From positions 10,354,001 through 10,418,000 of the forward strand of contig OX442314.1 of assembly GCA_949358305.1 (NCBI GenBank): 64,000 nucleotides of DNA, written 5' to 3'. This stretch comes from Strigamia acuminata (Eukaryota). The notes under the pieces are model-generated. The model did no database searches. It saw nothing but the letters and a program-made list of their open reading frames with translations, and was not told the origin of the DNA. Made by a program: the position numbers and the translations under genes. Below are positions 1 through 12,235 of the stretch, piece by piece (position 1 is the first letter of the stretch; each line of letters begins with the position of its first letter).

Positions 1-1648
1 TTTCTTTGCTTCTTCACCTTAAAAAAAATTAAACAATTAAATACTTATTTATATATAATTTTTTTTTTTACCGATGGTTTTATCGTTAAATATTTTCGGG
101 AATCCGCGATTCGGATATTTTCCTCTCAGCTGCCAAACGTCAAAAAATGGCTTCCAATCGATGTAATCGACGAGTCGCGATAAATCGTAATTTCGATACA
201 CGAGAGTGCCGAGTTTTTGAGGACATACTGAAAATTAATTTATTTTTAAGTATAATTTTATAAAATTACTATTTTCTGTTTTACCGGGATTGAATTCTAA
301 ATTTAATTTCTTCATCCGGGCGTTTTGTAGACTCAAAAATCGATAATCGGTTAAATTATCGTAATAATCGTTTCGAATTTCTTCATATTCCTCGCTAATA
401 TTTTCGATAAAATCGTTCCGGTTGTTGATATCGAGAAGACTCGAACACTAGAGATAAAAATGCAATTTATTTGATTTTAATAAATTTTTTAAAATTTATT
501 TGTTGTAACTTACTACGACAACACTTTTGGATGCGTCCAAAACATGGACCGTTGGTTGGCTGAATTTCGGCGCGATTTTCACGGCCGTGTGAGCTTTGGA
601 TGTGGTCGCTCCGCCGATCAGAAGTGGAATCCGCATTCCGATTCGTTGCATTTCCTTAGCGACGTGTACCATCTCGTCCAATGAAGGTGTTATTAGTCCT
701 GATAGGCCCACAATGTCCGCTTTTTCGCGAATAGCTGTTTGGATTATTTTTTCACATGGTGTCATAACACCCAAATCGATCACCCTAAATATATTCACAA
801 ATATTTTCAAAAATATGTCAAAAAATGTAACAAAATGTCAAAAAATGTCAAAAAATGTCAAAAAATGTCAAAAAATGTCAAAAAATGTCAAAAAATGTCA
901 AAAAATGTCAAAAATGTCAAAAAATGTTAAAAGATGTCAAAAAATGTTAAAAAATGTAACAAAATGTCAAAAAATGTAACAAAATATCAAAAAATGTCAA
1001 AAAATGTCAAAAAATGTCAAAAAATGTTAAAAAATGTAACAAAATGTCAAAAAATGTAACAAAATGTCAAAAAATGTAACAAAATGTCAAAAAATGTAAA
1101 AATAAAAGTTTCAACAAAATTTAAAAAAAAATTAAAGGGTTAAAAAAAAAAATATTTACTTGTAATTATTGCAACCCAAAACAACAGCTACAATATTCTT
1201 TCCTATGTCGTGCACGTCTCCTTTAACTGTAGCAAGAACTATTGTTCCGGAATAATGATTCTAAAACAGAAACAAAAGTCATCACTCGATTTACTGTACC
1301 CGTCAATCACGATTATATAATTACCGAATCGAAGGTACCAATTTCTTTCATCTTTTCTTGACGTTCTATCTCCATAAATGGAATTAAATGAGCAACAGCT
1401 TTTTTCATAACTCTGGCCGACTTAATCACTTGAGGCAAAAACATTTTACCACTTCCAAAAAGATCCCCGACAACACCCATTCCCTAAAAAAAATTAAAAA
1501 ATAATAAAAACCCAATAAAAATACATTTCCATCGACGATTATGGATTACTTTCATGAGTGGACCTTCGATGACATTTAAAGGTCGCGGGTATTTGATTAT
1601 GTTCAGTCGCGCCTCTTCCGTATCTTCTGTTACATATTTATCAATTCC
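1..1648 (-). CDS. MTR: Cobalamin-dependent methionine synthase, downstream exons (cap and B12-binding domains); gene continues beyond the left edge
   Basis: Spliced exons 1550-1648, ~1325-1483, ~1160-1260, ~515-784, ~286-448, ~72-227 and 1-17 translate to [63 protein letters not shown] (B12-binding DxHxxG), [14 protein letters not shown] and [26 protein letters not shown]. Introns are GT-AG. Confidence 0.97.
810..1100. repeat. Intronic minisatellite, 10-bp unit AAAAATGTCA
   Basis: Direct tandem copies inside an MTR intron. Confidence 0.95.
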
Positions 1649-4600
1649 CTAAACGATTTTAAAATAAATCAAAAGCCATTGAGTAAAAAGAAAACATAAA
1701 TTAAATTCTCTACAAAATAAAACTGGTTTTAGAATTTATCAAAGCCTTTATTTACATCAAACGAAACGGATTTATGTTTTAAGTGAGCAATTTGGTGTCC
1801 ATTTTATTTTAAGTTGCCCACAGACGGCGCTATCAAGGACGGAAGTTGAATAAAACAAACACACAAACAAATATCGTGGCAAGTTAAATCTTGGACGAAC
1901 ACTAGTGTATAGTGGTGCTGATGCGCCACCTACAAATTGAAAATTGAATTCGTAGATTGGTGGCCCTGAGCTGCCACCAGAAAAATAAAATTTGAAGTTG
2001 AAGTTTCAATTTTTAATTTTAAATATTAAAATTGGAAAACTTAAAATAAAATAAAATTAAAAAATTAAAAAACTAAAACTAAAATTGTTTTGGTCGTTTT
2101 ATGACGATAATCTGTCGTGTAATTTCGTCTCAATCAGCACAAGGCGAGGTGAACAGCAAGATTAACTGTTTGTGTCCGTTCGTTTTTCACGTTATTTAAT
2201 TTGGGTTTGATTTCCAAAACGTTGGTTGGTTTCATAAACATGGGATTAACATTTCCGCAAATTTCTCAGCAAGTTTGAGTTCGTATTTCTTTGAAAAATG
2301 ATCCATTTATTGTCTTACATATGTTCTTTTGCTATTATTTGGCGCCATTTCAGGCCTACTATAGGCCTAGTTCAAAATGTATTTTCTTCTGAAACGGAAA
2401 TTTGTCCGAGATCATCAAGTCACGAAAATTTACATCGCTGCCGTTTCGGGTCAGAAACGGGTGCTGTGGGTGCTGTTTGTCGAGAAAAGTTCAAGCGCGA
2501 GTGAGAAGCCATCGCTGCCATTTTTGTCATTTTTGTCATTTTCTTATTCTTATTTACCAGTTTAGTTTAATATCTAGTCCATTGATGTATAATTTTAGTA
2601 TTTAATTTATAATATTTTTGTATTCCATTGTAAAGTTATTAGAATTTATTCGCAGCGACCGAATAAATTAAGTGTGTTTGCTTAATGAAAATTATTGAAT
2701 TTTCCTTGCCAGATTAAGTTAGTCAGAGAATTTAGTTATGTATAAGTCCCTTTGCGGCAACAGTAATTTTGCAGTGTAAATCAGGATCACAGGTTGCACA
2801 GACAACCTGGCTATCTTGTTTAACACCGTTAAACATGAGACCCAGGTTGTCTGTGCAATCGGAGCTAACACTGAGACGTGAGAAATTTATGAGGAAGAGT
2901 AGAATAAACAGGAGCCATTTTATTTTAACTGAAGAAATACAGAAGAAAATACATTTCGAACTACGCCTATAGTAGGCCTAAAATGGCACCAAACAACAGC
3001 AAAGGAACATATGTTAGAAAATAAATGGATCATTTTTCAAAAAAAAAAACTATTTTTTTCTTACTGAGAAATTTGCGGAAATGTTATATTAATCCCGTGT
3101 TTATGAAACCAATCGACCTTTTCGAAATCAAACCCGAATTAAATACCGTGAAAAACAACGAACACAGCATGTCGAACAGCAAAATCTTGCTATTCACCTC
3201 ACCTCGTGCTACAGATTATTGTTTAGCGTCTCGTATTGTAACAGTCATGGACTGTGGTATAGTTTATAGCATCGTCATAAAACGACCAAAACAATCTGAA
3301 TTTTTAGTTTTTCAATTTTTCAATTTTATTTTAAGTTTGCCAATTTGAATTTTGAAAATTAAAAATTGAAACTTTGTTTTAACACACTCCGGAGTCGTTT
3401 GTGCGGGACTGCTTGACATTAGCAGAATTTTTCGCAATGAAGATTCATCAGACGTTCAAAACTTAAGCTTAGCTTTCGCCTGGTTAAACTATATGTTCGC
3501 AAACTCGCTATTTTCTTCTACGAGCTAATAGATGCGGTACTGGGTTTTTCCATACATTTTGTTCGCATTGAATTTGTCGTCATCTTTATCGCGGGCGGTG
3601 TAATGTTTGTGTCTATAGCACTTGTAATTTGGGAGTAATATTTTCTATTTAATTTAAACTACTGGTACCTCCTATTATTCATCCCGAGTAGCTTAAGACA
3701 TCATCTATTCCATTGGAATCACTAAAAAGTATGTTTTTAATTACGACAATTTAAACCGATATAAATCGCCATTTACACGATTGTGTTGGCTCATTACATA
3801 TATTTAACTTACACCACTATCAATTTCTTGTCATGTTGTTACGAAGTCAGATAATTTATTTAGGTTTATTAATTGTTTACATTTGATTTAGTCCTATGGC
3901 TACTTGTGGTCACTCCCCTAGTGACCTTCTTTAGCTAGGGTGGCTTGTGCCACCCCCATCCCTGCTTTTAGAGTTTAACTTGCAAGAAGCCTTGCAGAGA
4001 AGTTCCATGTTATCCCTTTGATATTAAAAAATAAAAATATATATTTATTGTGGTGCATTTTCTCGTTCGTTTTGTTTATCATTACAATAACTGTACTGTA
4101 TGCGTTTGGCTTTTCATTTTTCGCGGGATTTTCAAATTTATAACCATCTTATTATATGCTTTGGGACAGTTCACCGATTAAGTAAGTATTGAAAGATAAT
4201 TCTTCTCGTTTATAATGGAGGAGGTTTGATGGCTACCGCTATTATTCTACTTATTTGGGAGCAATACGATACAATATGGAAATATGGAAAACAAGCAAAA
4301 TTAACAAAGTATGCCAAACAACTCGTTATCAACACCAAGAGTCAGAAAAAGCAGAGACAACAACAAAAAACAAAATCAAGGAAGTGAACCCAACGCATCC
4401 CAGCGTTTCCGTGTCAAACAACTGTGGTGGTTCCACGGTCACCTAAGATTTATTCTAGTTCAATTTCTTGACTATTCATGTAAATTCATTTGTACGTTTA
4501 ATAAATATCTATTGTTTATTTTAAATAAGTACACACCATTTATTTGAAAATAACGAGGCGGATAAGAATGGATAAGAGATTAGAAATAATCTTTTCCTGT

Positions 4601-5061
4601 TCCCTAGTCTACACAGTTCTACACAAACCGAAAAAGACACATTCAAACACCACTACAATCATTGACAGCATCAACGCCTCACCGATCAAGCCGTAGTATT
4701 TTATACCGGAGTGACCGAGGTAGTCGAGTTTTATCATTTATATTCAAATCAAGAAGAATATTCCTATCCCAAAGAAGTCGGGCAAGGAAATAGTATTGGC
4801 TTTAAGCAAGACAATAGCCACGTCACCACGTAGACTATTGTTAATAACCCTAGACAAACCAAGCCAGAATAGAAGTCTGGATGACTGCGCTTCCACCGCC
4901 ATCTTGAGCAATGAAGATTCGATCGCATTAGTTTGGCTGAATTATACTCGTGAGATTTCTGTATTGTGCCACGAGTTTGTAGAGGTGGTATTTCCCGTAA
5001 ATTTCATATCAGTAGAAGCAACTATTATCTATATTGGGGGAGGTTTAATGGCTATGATAAC

Positions 5062-5244
5062 TGTTATGTATCGATATGAGAATTTGGGTATCGCCCTCTG
5101 GCGGCGAATTATGTAAAGTGTAAACCACGTGACCATATGTATGAATGAGCTGTGAACTCACTCTGGTGTACTATAGTCTAGCAGCTAGCAGTAATAAACA
5201 CCGTCTACCATTTGATGTGTGTGCCACTTTACTAATATACAACA
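5062..5244 (+). repeat. 5' LTR
   Basis: TGTTATG...TACAACA, matches 9442-9624 and contains AATAAA. Confidence 0.96.
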
Positions 5245-5382
5245 ATGGCGACGAGGTTGGACTGAATTCGGTTCGTGTGTGAAGTTTGTGCGTCGCGGCA
5301 TAAAAAGCGTGTATTTGTGAGAAGGTTAGTGCGGTGCGCCATTTTGGTGTGTGTGACCTTCGCAAGGACGCAGCGAACGAGA

Positions 5383-8300
5383 ATGTCGGCCGTTATTGGG
5401 AAAATTGGTGAATTCGATGAGGCGAGGGAGGAATTCGACCTGTATTTGGAACGCCTGAAGTATTTTTTCGCGGCAAACGACATTGGGGATGAAAAACAGT
5501 TATCCACGTTAATGGCGGTAATTGGTCCAGCCGCATACAAATTGCTGAGGAATCTCATGCAACCCACGGAATTGAAGGATTGGAAGTGGGATGATGTTGT
5601 GAAAAAGTTATCTGAACACTACAAACCCGCTCCAATAACTATTGCGGAGCGTTTTAGATTTTTAAAAAGGGACCAAAAAACCGGTGAGTCGATTGCGGAT
5701 TATATTGTGGAATTGAGACGATTGGCGTCGACATGCAGTTACGGTACGTTTTTGAATGATGCGTTACGTGACAAATTCGTATGCGGTTTAGCAAATGAGA
5801 CGATCCAGAAACGTTTGCTGTCTAAAAAGGATTTGAAATTAGCGGTTGCAGTGGATACGGCGGCCGCCATGGAAATGGTGGAACGCGATTCGACGCAAAT
5901 TAAAGTGCCACCGGTCATTACGGTGAACAAATTGGACGGTGAACGCCCGTTTAGGCCAAGATTTGACAAAAGCAAGGACCGGAAGGCATGCTATCGTTGC
6001 GGATACGATCATCCCGTGGATAAGTGCAAATACGTAGGTGCGACGTGTCACGCATGTGGGAAAATAGGACATATTTCCCCGGTATGTAAGTCAAGGACAA
6101 ATAAAGACGCAAACCAGGAAAGGCGGACATTTCGGCCCGAGCAAAAATTCGCAAAGAAGCTCGAGGTTCAGGGATCGGAAAACGATGAAGACCAGCCGAT
6201 ATTCGACTTATATCCAGTGTATTCGATTGGTAAGGTCGAAAGTTGTAAAAAATATATGGTTCCGATTAAGATAGCTGGTGTGTGCATTGAAATGGAATTG
6301 GACACCGCGGCGGATATAGCTGTTGTGGGTGGAAAGTGGTTTAAAGAAAATTTTCCGTCAATGCCATTAAAAATATGCGAAATGACTTTACTTTCATACA
6401 GTGGTGATGTCGTGGAAACCGAGGGACAGACCGACATCACAATCGAGTATAAGGGAAGGAGATACGTGTTGCCACTGGTAGTGGTAAAAGGTGATCGCCC
6501 GGGACTATTTGGCCGAAATTGGATTGAGAAAGTGAGTTTGGATTTGAAAAGTATTTTTGCAGTGACCGAGGCGAAGTCTGATAAACCGGACACTGTTGAG
6601 GATTTATTGAAGGATTATTCCAGTTTATTTGAACCAACAAAGGAGCCAATAAAAAATTTTAAGGCGACCATTAAGTTGCGCAAGGACGCGAAGCCCGTTT
6701 TTTGTAAGCATCGGCCAGTGCCATATGCACTAAAATCGGCGGTCGAGGCCCAGATTCAACGACATTTGGATGCGGGAATCTGGGAGCGCGTGGAGCATTC
6801 GGAATGGGCCACACCGCTGGTAAATGTTGTCAAACCAGATGGATCGGTGCGATGCTGTGGGGACTTTAAGATCACGGTAAACCCATGTTTAGATATTAAC
6901 CAATATCCGTTGCCAACTCAGCAGGATATTTTTGCAACATTATGCGGAGGAGAAGAATTCTCTTCAGTCGACTGTTCGGACGCATATGAGCAGATCGAGC
7001 TGGATAAGCAGGCTCAGGAGATATTGATGTTAAACACGCATATGGGATTGATGCGCCCAAAACGATTGGTGTATGGGTTTGCCGGGGCGTCGGCTATTTT
7101 CCAGCGAGCAATAGATCAGATCATTCAAGGAGTGAAGAGAGTCGTGGCATTCCAGGATGATACGATGACCACGGCGCCATCAAGAATCGAACATTTGATG
7201 GTTTTGAGAACTTTGTTTCAGCGTTTCAGGAAGTATAATGTTTGTTTGAATCGGAAGAAATGCAAGTTCCTGCAGAAAAGAATCAAGTACTTGGGACATA
7301 TAATTGATAAGGATGGAATCCATCCTACTACGGACAAAATTGATGCGATAAATAAAGTGCCATCGCCAAAGAATATATCTGAATTGCGTTCCTTTTTGGG
7401 ACTTTTAAATTATTATTGTAAATTTCTGAAGGATTTGTCAACAAAGTTAACACCTTTATATAGTCTTTTGCAGGACAAGGTAGAATGGAATTGGACTGAC
7501 GAGTGCGAGCGAACATTTCAACAGTGCAAGGGCGCTTTGACATCTGAGGCGGTGCTGGTGCACTACGACGTTCGTAAGCCACTTCGATTGACGTGCGACG
7601 CGTCACCAGTCGGGGTCGGCGCCATTCTTTCGCACATCATGGCGAACGGCGAGGAGCGCCCCATCGGCTATTCATCCCAGACCTTGACGCAGGCCCAGCG
7701 GGGCTATCCGCAAGGAGAAAGGGAGGCTCTGGCAATCGTGTGCGGAGTGCAGAAGTTTTACCAGTACCTCGTCGGGAGAGATTTCACTTTGGTGACTGAT
7801 CATCTTCCATTGGTCGCGATATTTGGCGACAAACGGGGGATCCCGACGTTGGCCGCTGAGCGCATTCGTCGCTGGGCGCTTTTATTGTCCACATTCAGGT
7901 ATAAAATTGAATACAAACGCGGAAGTGAAAACGTGAATGCGGATGCGTTGTCTCGCATGCCGGTGTCGGACGGCGTCGTTGGCATCGAGTCGCACATATT
8001 TAAACTATCGTTTATCGATGAGATGCCAATTGTGGCGAAGAATATTGGTGCTGCGACAAGGAATGACAAAGTTTTGGGATCGGTTTTGCGTTATCTTGGG
8101 GACGGATGGCCGGATGGCGTAAGCGACCCGGAGATTGCGCCGTTTTCACGTCGGCGAGAGGAACTGTCTGTCGATGGCGGGTGTATTGTGTGGGGAATGC
8201 GAGTGGTGATTCCGACGAAATATCGCCCGCACATTTTGGATTTATTACACGATACTCACTCGGGAATGGTAAAAATGAAGTCGATCGCGCGTGCGTACGT

Positions 8301-9393
8301 ATGGTGGCCGGGTTTGGATGCGGAGATTGAGAGTGTTGCGAGGAAGTGTCATGCGTGCCAGCAATGCCAGGCTGATCCCCCGGAAGCGCCTTTCAGGTCG
8401 TGGTCGTGGCCGTCCGGCCCGTACGAGCGTATACACATCGATTTCGCCGAGTTGCGAAAGATACACTATTTAATCATATATGATAGTTTTTCGAAGTGGA
8501 TCGATGTGATTCCCATGACGACAACAACATCAGAGCGAACCATAGAGGTCTTACGGTGGAAGTTCGCGGATTTCGGGGTTCCGGTTGAGTTGGTGTCGGA
8601 CAACGGTCCTCAGTTTTCATCCGTGGAATTTGCGACGTTTTTGGCAATGAACGGGATCAAGCAGACGTTGGTGCCGGCATACCATCCCGCCTCTAATGGT
8701 GCAGCGGAGAGGGCCGTGCGGACATTTAAGGAGTCGTTGGAGCGTATGATGACCGATGTAAAAGACAATACGACTACAAGTCATAAGATTACGAGATTTT
8801 TATTGCGATATCGGAATACTCCACACGCGGTGACGGGTAAGACCCCTGCTGAGTTGTTTATTTGTAGGAATGTTCGAACGCGGTTCTCTTTGGTGAGGCC
8901 GGATGTGAGGCGCCATGTTCACGAACAATTGGATAAGATTCATAACGCGCAGACGGGGCGTGATGCCCGTGTTTTTGAAGTCGGCCAGGCGGTATGGATA
9001 AAGAGGTATCATACGCGCGGTCCAGAGTGGGTGCGCGGAATCATTAGCTCCGTTCAGAGCTCGAGGACGTACGTTGTGGCTGTCGGTTCGGTTTTGAGGA
9101 CGGTCCATATCGATCAGATGCATTTGGACCGTGAGATGCCTGCTGGGGGAACGACTCGGAATGATGTGGACGGTCGGGTTGACGTGGAGGAGCTCGATAG
9201 TGATCAGGAACAAACGGCACCAGACTTGGAGAACGCCGAGGCCGAAGAGGTCCAGATGCCGGAGTTAGTTCGGGACATCGTGGAACCTCGTGCGAACAAT
9301 GACATTCAAAACAATCCAGGTGACTGTGTACCGAGACGTCCTGGATTGCGTGCAAGAGAGCTATTGAAGGAACCGGATAGACTAAGATTGTGA
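5383..9393 (+). CDS. Gag-Pol polyprotein (single ORF, 1336 aa from ATG 5383)
   Basis: Gag with two zinc knuckles (CYRCGYDHPVDKC, CHACGKIGHISPVC), protease LDTAA, RT (AFQDD), RNase H (CDASPVG..EREALA), integrase HHCC plus DDE (HIDF, SDNGPQF, AERAV). Domain order PR-RT-RH-IN is Gypsy-type; no env. Confidence 0.95.
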   Translation: MSAVIGKIGEFDEAREEFDLYLERLKYFFAANDIGDEKQLSTLMAVIGPAAYKLLRNLMQPTELKDWKWDDVVKKLSEHYKPAPITIAERFRFLKRDQKTGESIADYIVELRRLASTCSYGTFLNDALRDKFVCGLANETIQKRLLSKKDLKLAVAVDTAAAMEMVERDSTQIKVPPVITVNKLDGERPFRPRFDKSKDRKACYRCGYDHPVDKCKYVGATCHACGKIGHISPVCKSRTNKDANQERRTFRPEQKFAKKLEVQGSENDEDQPIFDLYPVYSIGKVESCKKYMVPIKIAGVCIEMELDTAADIAVVGGKWFKENFPSMPLKICEMTLLSYSGDVVETEGQTDITIEYKGRRYVLPLVVVKGDRPGLFGRNWIEKVSLDLKSIFAVTEAKSDKPDTVEDLLKDYSSLFEPTKEPIKNFKATIKLRKDAKPVFCKHRPVPYALKSAVEAQIQRHLDAGIWERVEHSEWATPLVNVVKPDGSVRCCGDFKITVNPCLDINQYPLPTQQDIFATLCGGEEFSSVDCSDAYEQIELDKQAQEILMLNTHMGLMRPKRLVYGFAGASAIFQRAIDQIIQGVKRVVAFQDDTMTTAPSRIEHLMVLRTLFQRFRKYNVCLNRKKCKFLQKRIKYLGHIIDKDGIHPTTDKIDAINKVPSPKNISELRSFLGLLNYYCKFLKDLSTKLTPLYSLLQDKVEWNWTDECERTFQQCKGALTSEAVLVHYDVRKPLRLTCDASPVGVGAILSHIMANGEERPIGYSSQTLTQAQRGYPQGEREALAIVCGVQKFYQYLVGRDFTLVTDHLPLVAIFGDKRGIPTLAAERIRRWALLLSTFRYKIEYKRGSENVNADALSRMPVSDGVVGIESHIFKLSFIDEMPIVAKNIGAATRNDKVLGSVLRYLGDGWPDGVSDPEIAPFSRRREELSVDGGCIVWGMRVVIPTKYRPHILDLLHDTHSGMVKMKSIARAYVWWPGLDAEIESVARKCHACQQCQADPPEAPFRSWSWPSGPYERIHIDFAELRKIHYLIIYDSFSKWIDVIPMTTTTSERTIEVLRWKFADFGVPVELVSDNGPQFSSVEFATFLAMNGIKQTLVPAYHPASNGAAERAVRTFKESLERMMTDVKDNTTTSHKITRFLLRYRNTPHAVTGKTPAELFICRNVRTRFSLVRPDVRRHVHEQLDKIHNAQTGRDARVFEVGQAVWIKRYHTRGPEWVRGIISSVQSSRTYVVAVGSVLRTVHIDQMHLDREMPAGGTTRNDVDGRVDVEELDSDQEQTAPDLENAEAEEVQMPELVRDIVEPRANNDIQNNPGDCVPRRPGLRARELLKEPDRLRL

Positions 9394-9441
9394 AACATAG
9401 AAATTGTCGAATTTATCATTCATTGTTGTGGGGGGAAATAT

Positions 9442-9624
9442 TGTTATGTATCGATATGAGAATTTGGGTATCGCCCTCTGGCGGCGAATTATGTAAAGTG
9501 TAAACCACGTGACCATATGTATGAATGAGCTGTGAACTCACTCTGGTGTACTATAGTCTAGCAGCTAGCAGTAATAAACACCGTCTACCATTTGATGTGT
9601 GTGCCACTTTACTAATATACAACA
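9442..9624 (+). repeat. 3' LTR
   Basis: Matches 5062-5244; preceded by a polypurine tract. Confidence 0.96.
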
Positions 9625-12004
9625 ATAACCATTATTGTACTTATTTGGAAGTAATACTTAATATTTAATTTACATTTTCAGTATAATATACGGTATATAA
9701 CATTTTTTTTTATAGAATTCGGGGAAGATGTCACAAGTATACCCCATATGAGTGTTTTAGACTGAGTTTGGACTCCAGCAAATGAACGATCGCGGACGAA
9801 TAAATGAGGTTTTGGAACAGTTAGGAAGAGAGTTGTTTCATTGGCCGTGGCGGCCGTCACAAGATGCATTACGTACAAAGTTGCTGAGAAGTTAAAAATT
9901 TTCATGCGTTTATTATTCTGTTGCTAAATTTGTTTTAATATCTCCGTTTGGAATAAAAGTGTTTGGCATTTACTTGACTTGTTGGTTTTTTTTTTATAGT
10001 TATGGCGCTGATCGCATGTCAGTGTCCATATATCGAGAGAATTGCTTTTACCGTTAAAAGATTTTACAATTGCCACAAACACAGGTCCCTAAACGGAGTC
10101 AAGGAGTTTTTTAACTTCATAAAACACTGCCATTGGCTGAAATTATCACAAACAACATGAAGTTGAAATTAAGAAATAATTTAACTTCATTGCAGTTGCC
10201 AAAAATGCCAGCTATTCTATGGCAACCCAACACAAGAACAGTCAGGAGAAATTGTGGAAATAGTCAAGAGAAAGAGATAAAAGGATTCCAATAAGAGACA
10301 ATAAAACTGAACACACAAGAAACGAAAATAACTTTCTACCATGTTGTTGTTTTCCAACAGCAAAAAACTTTTCTTGCATTTGGTAATCTTATGAGGATTT
10401 TTGCAACTCTGGATAAAGTCATTTTGAAAAAAGTGAAAGTTTCTCAAAGGTTTACAAATATTTTAGTTGAACAACAACTGTCAAAATAACCCAATGGGTT
10501 TTTCCAATAGTGTTTTTTGATGCTTTACATCATTAAACAGCAAACGTGGCATTTTTCTTAAAAAATAATAAAAAAAAAAGCGAATTAACCTAGAATGAAA
10601 CCGATCCGACCGGTCTGTGCACGTTCAGAAACACCTTGAGCCGTCCCCAACAAAGATGAAAAGACAAAGAACCACTCCTGGCTGGCCAAAGTCCTGTTCC
10701 ATGGGTCATCCAGAAAAAGGTGATTGAAAAATTTTCCACACGCCCAGAGGAGCCCAACCAAGAGCATTTGAAACGATTGATTACAATTAAAAGAACAAGA
10801 ACCTTGACCATCCTCTGTAAAAACCAGGGTTCAGAAATCATATCCCAAACTGAAAACTTTATGTCATAAAAATGGCAAACGCCATTACCAATCACGAAAA
10901 CCCACAAGACAAATTCAATTTCGAATAAAAAATTCAACCAAACTTTGAAAAAACACCAAAAAGCACCAAATAATATTCTTGCCAAATAAATACTCAACCG
11001 CCACATAACTGAAAAAATACAGAAGAAAATACAATTCGAACTAAGCCTACAGTAGGCCTAAAATGACGCCAAACAATATCAAAAGAACATATGTAAGAAA
11101 ATAAATGGATCATTTAGAAATACGAATTCAAACTTGCTGAGAAATTTGCGGAAATGTTAATCCCGTGTTTATGAAACCAACCAACCTTTTGGAAATCAAA
11201 TGCGAATTAAATACCGTGGAAAACGAACACAGCATGCCGAACAGCAAAATCTTGCTGTTCACCTCGCCTTGTGCTGAGCGAGACGAAATTGCGTGACAGA
11301 TTATTGTTTAGCGTCTAGTATTGTTTATCGTCTCGTATTGTTTATAGCATCGTCATAAAACGACCAAAACAATTTTATTTTTAGTTTTTCAATTTTTTCA
11401 ATTTTATTTTAAGTTTTCCACTTTGAATTTTGAAAATTAAAAATTCAAACTTTGTATTCAAATTTTCCTCTTATTCCTTTTTTTTAAATTTCAATTTGCC
11501 CTGGATACAAATTGGATACAAATTAATATTACGAATGCTTTGTACGATGAATAAAATTGGTACATTTGGCATTTTTCCGTGGAGAAATGCGCGGGAGTTG
11601 TTTGTTTTCGTCACCTCACTCTGAAGCGTGAACTCGGTTTTTGCATTTCGTCTACATTAGCGAACCGCTTTTTAATTATTTCAAAAACTATGTTCAAAAA
11701 TGGGGAAAGGTTAAAGAGAAAGAAAGTGTACCGTAGTAGGTAACAAAATGGCTTCTTTTAGTCAGACCTCCCAAGTTAGACCGCGGATTTCAAATTTCTA
11801 AGAAAATTGATAAAAAAAACTTTTTTGCAAACATTTTGTGGCCCCATTGTAAATTTACACTCTTTATAGATATTTCCAACTTTTCACAATTATATATACC
11901 CGGTATATTGTATATAGAATATAATATGTATTATCTTTACGCCACCACCACTAAAGGCGCAACAGTATTTAATACTTCATATTTTAGTTTACACCACAAG
12001 AAAA

Positions 12005-12235
12005 TTCCTCCGATTATTATCCGGAACCGCCTGCGTGAGAGAGTACGCCAGCCAAAGGAGTCTGTGGCCGCATATGTTGCTGTTCTGCGCGGTCTCGCGG
12101 AGAAGGGAGAGTACAGAGACTCCAAGCAGGTGGACTTTGCGGTCATGGACCAGTTGATCGAAGGCCTGGGGAATGCCACGGCAAGACAGTATTTCCTATT
12201 GCAAAAGCCGAGTACTTTAAAGGAGGCCTGGAGGA
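12005..12235 (+). pseudogene. Second, further deleted copy of the gag remnant
   Basis: Near-identical to 21355-21585 and embedded in the duplicated unit. Confidence 0.75.

Larger units (their letters stand above)
5062..9624 (+). mobile_element. Full-length Ty3/Gypsy (Mag-like) LTR retrotransposon
   Basis: 183-bp TG...CA LTRs at 5062-5244 and 9442-9624 read identical. 5-bp TSD ATAAC at 5057-5061 and 9625-9629. PBS-like TGGCGACGAGG at 5246, polypurine tract GGGGGGAAA at ~9430. Confidence 0.97.

Noticed and set aside
5275..5382. N-terminal 36 aa of the 1372-aa ORF call
   Set aside because: It begins at a GTG in the leader. The first ATG with a typical gag start (MSAVIGKIGEFD) is at 5383.
5171..9355. 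Antisense and alternate-frame ORFs inside the retrotransposon
   Set aside because: They are shadows of the GC-richer gag-pol frame with no motifs of their own.
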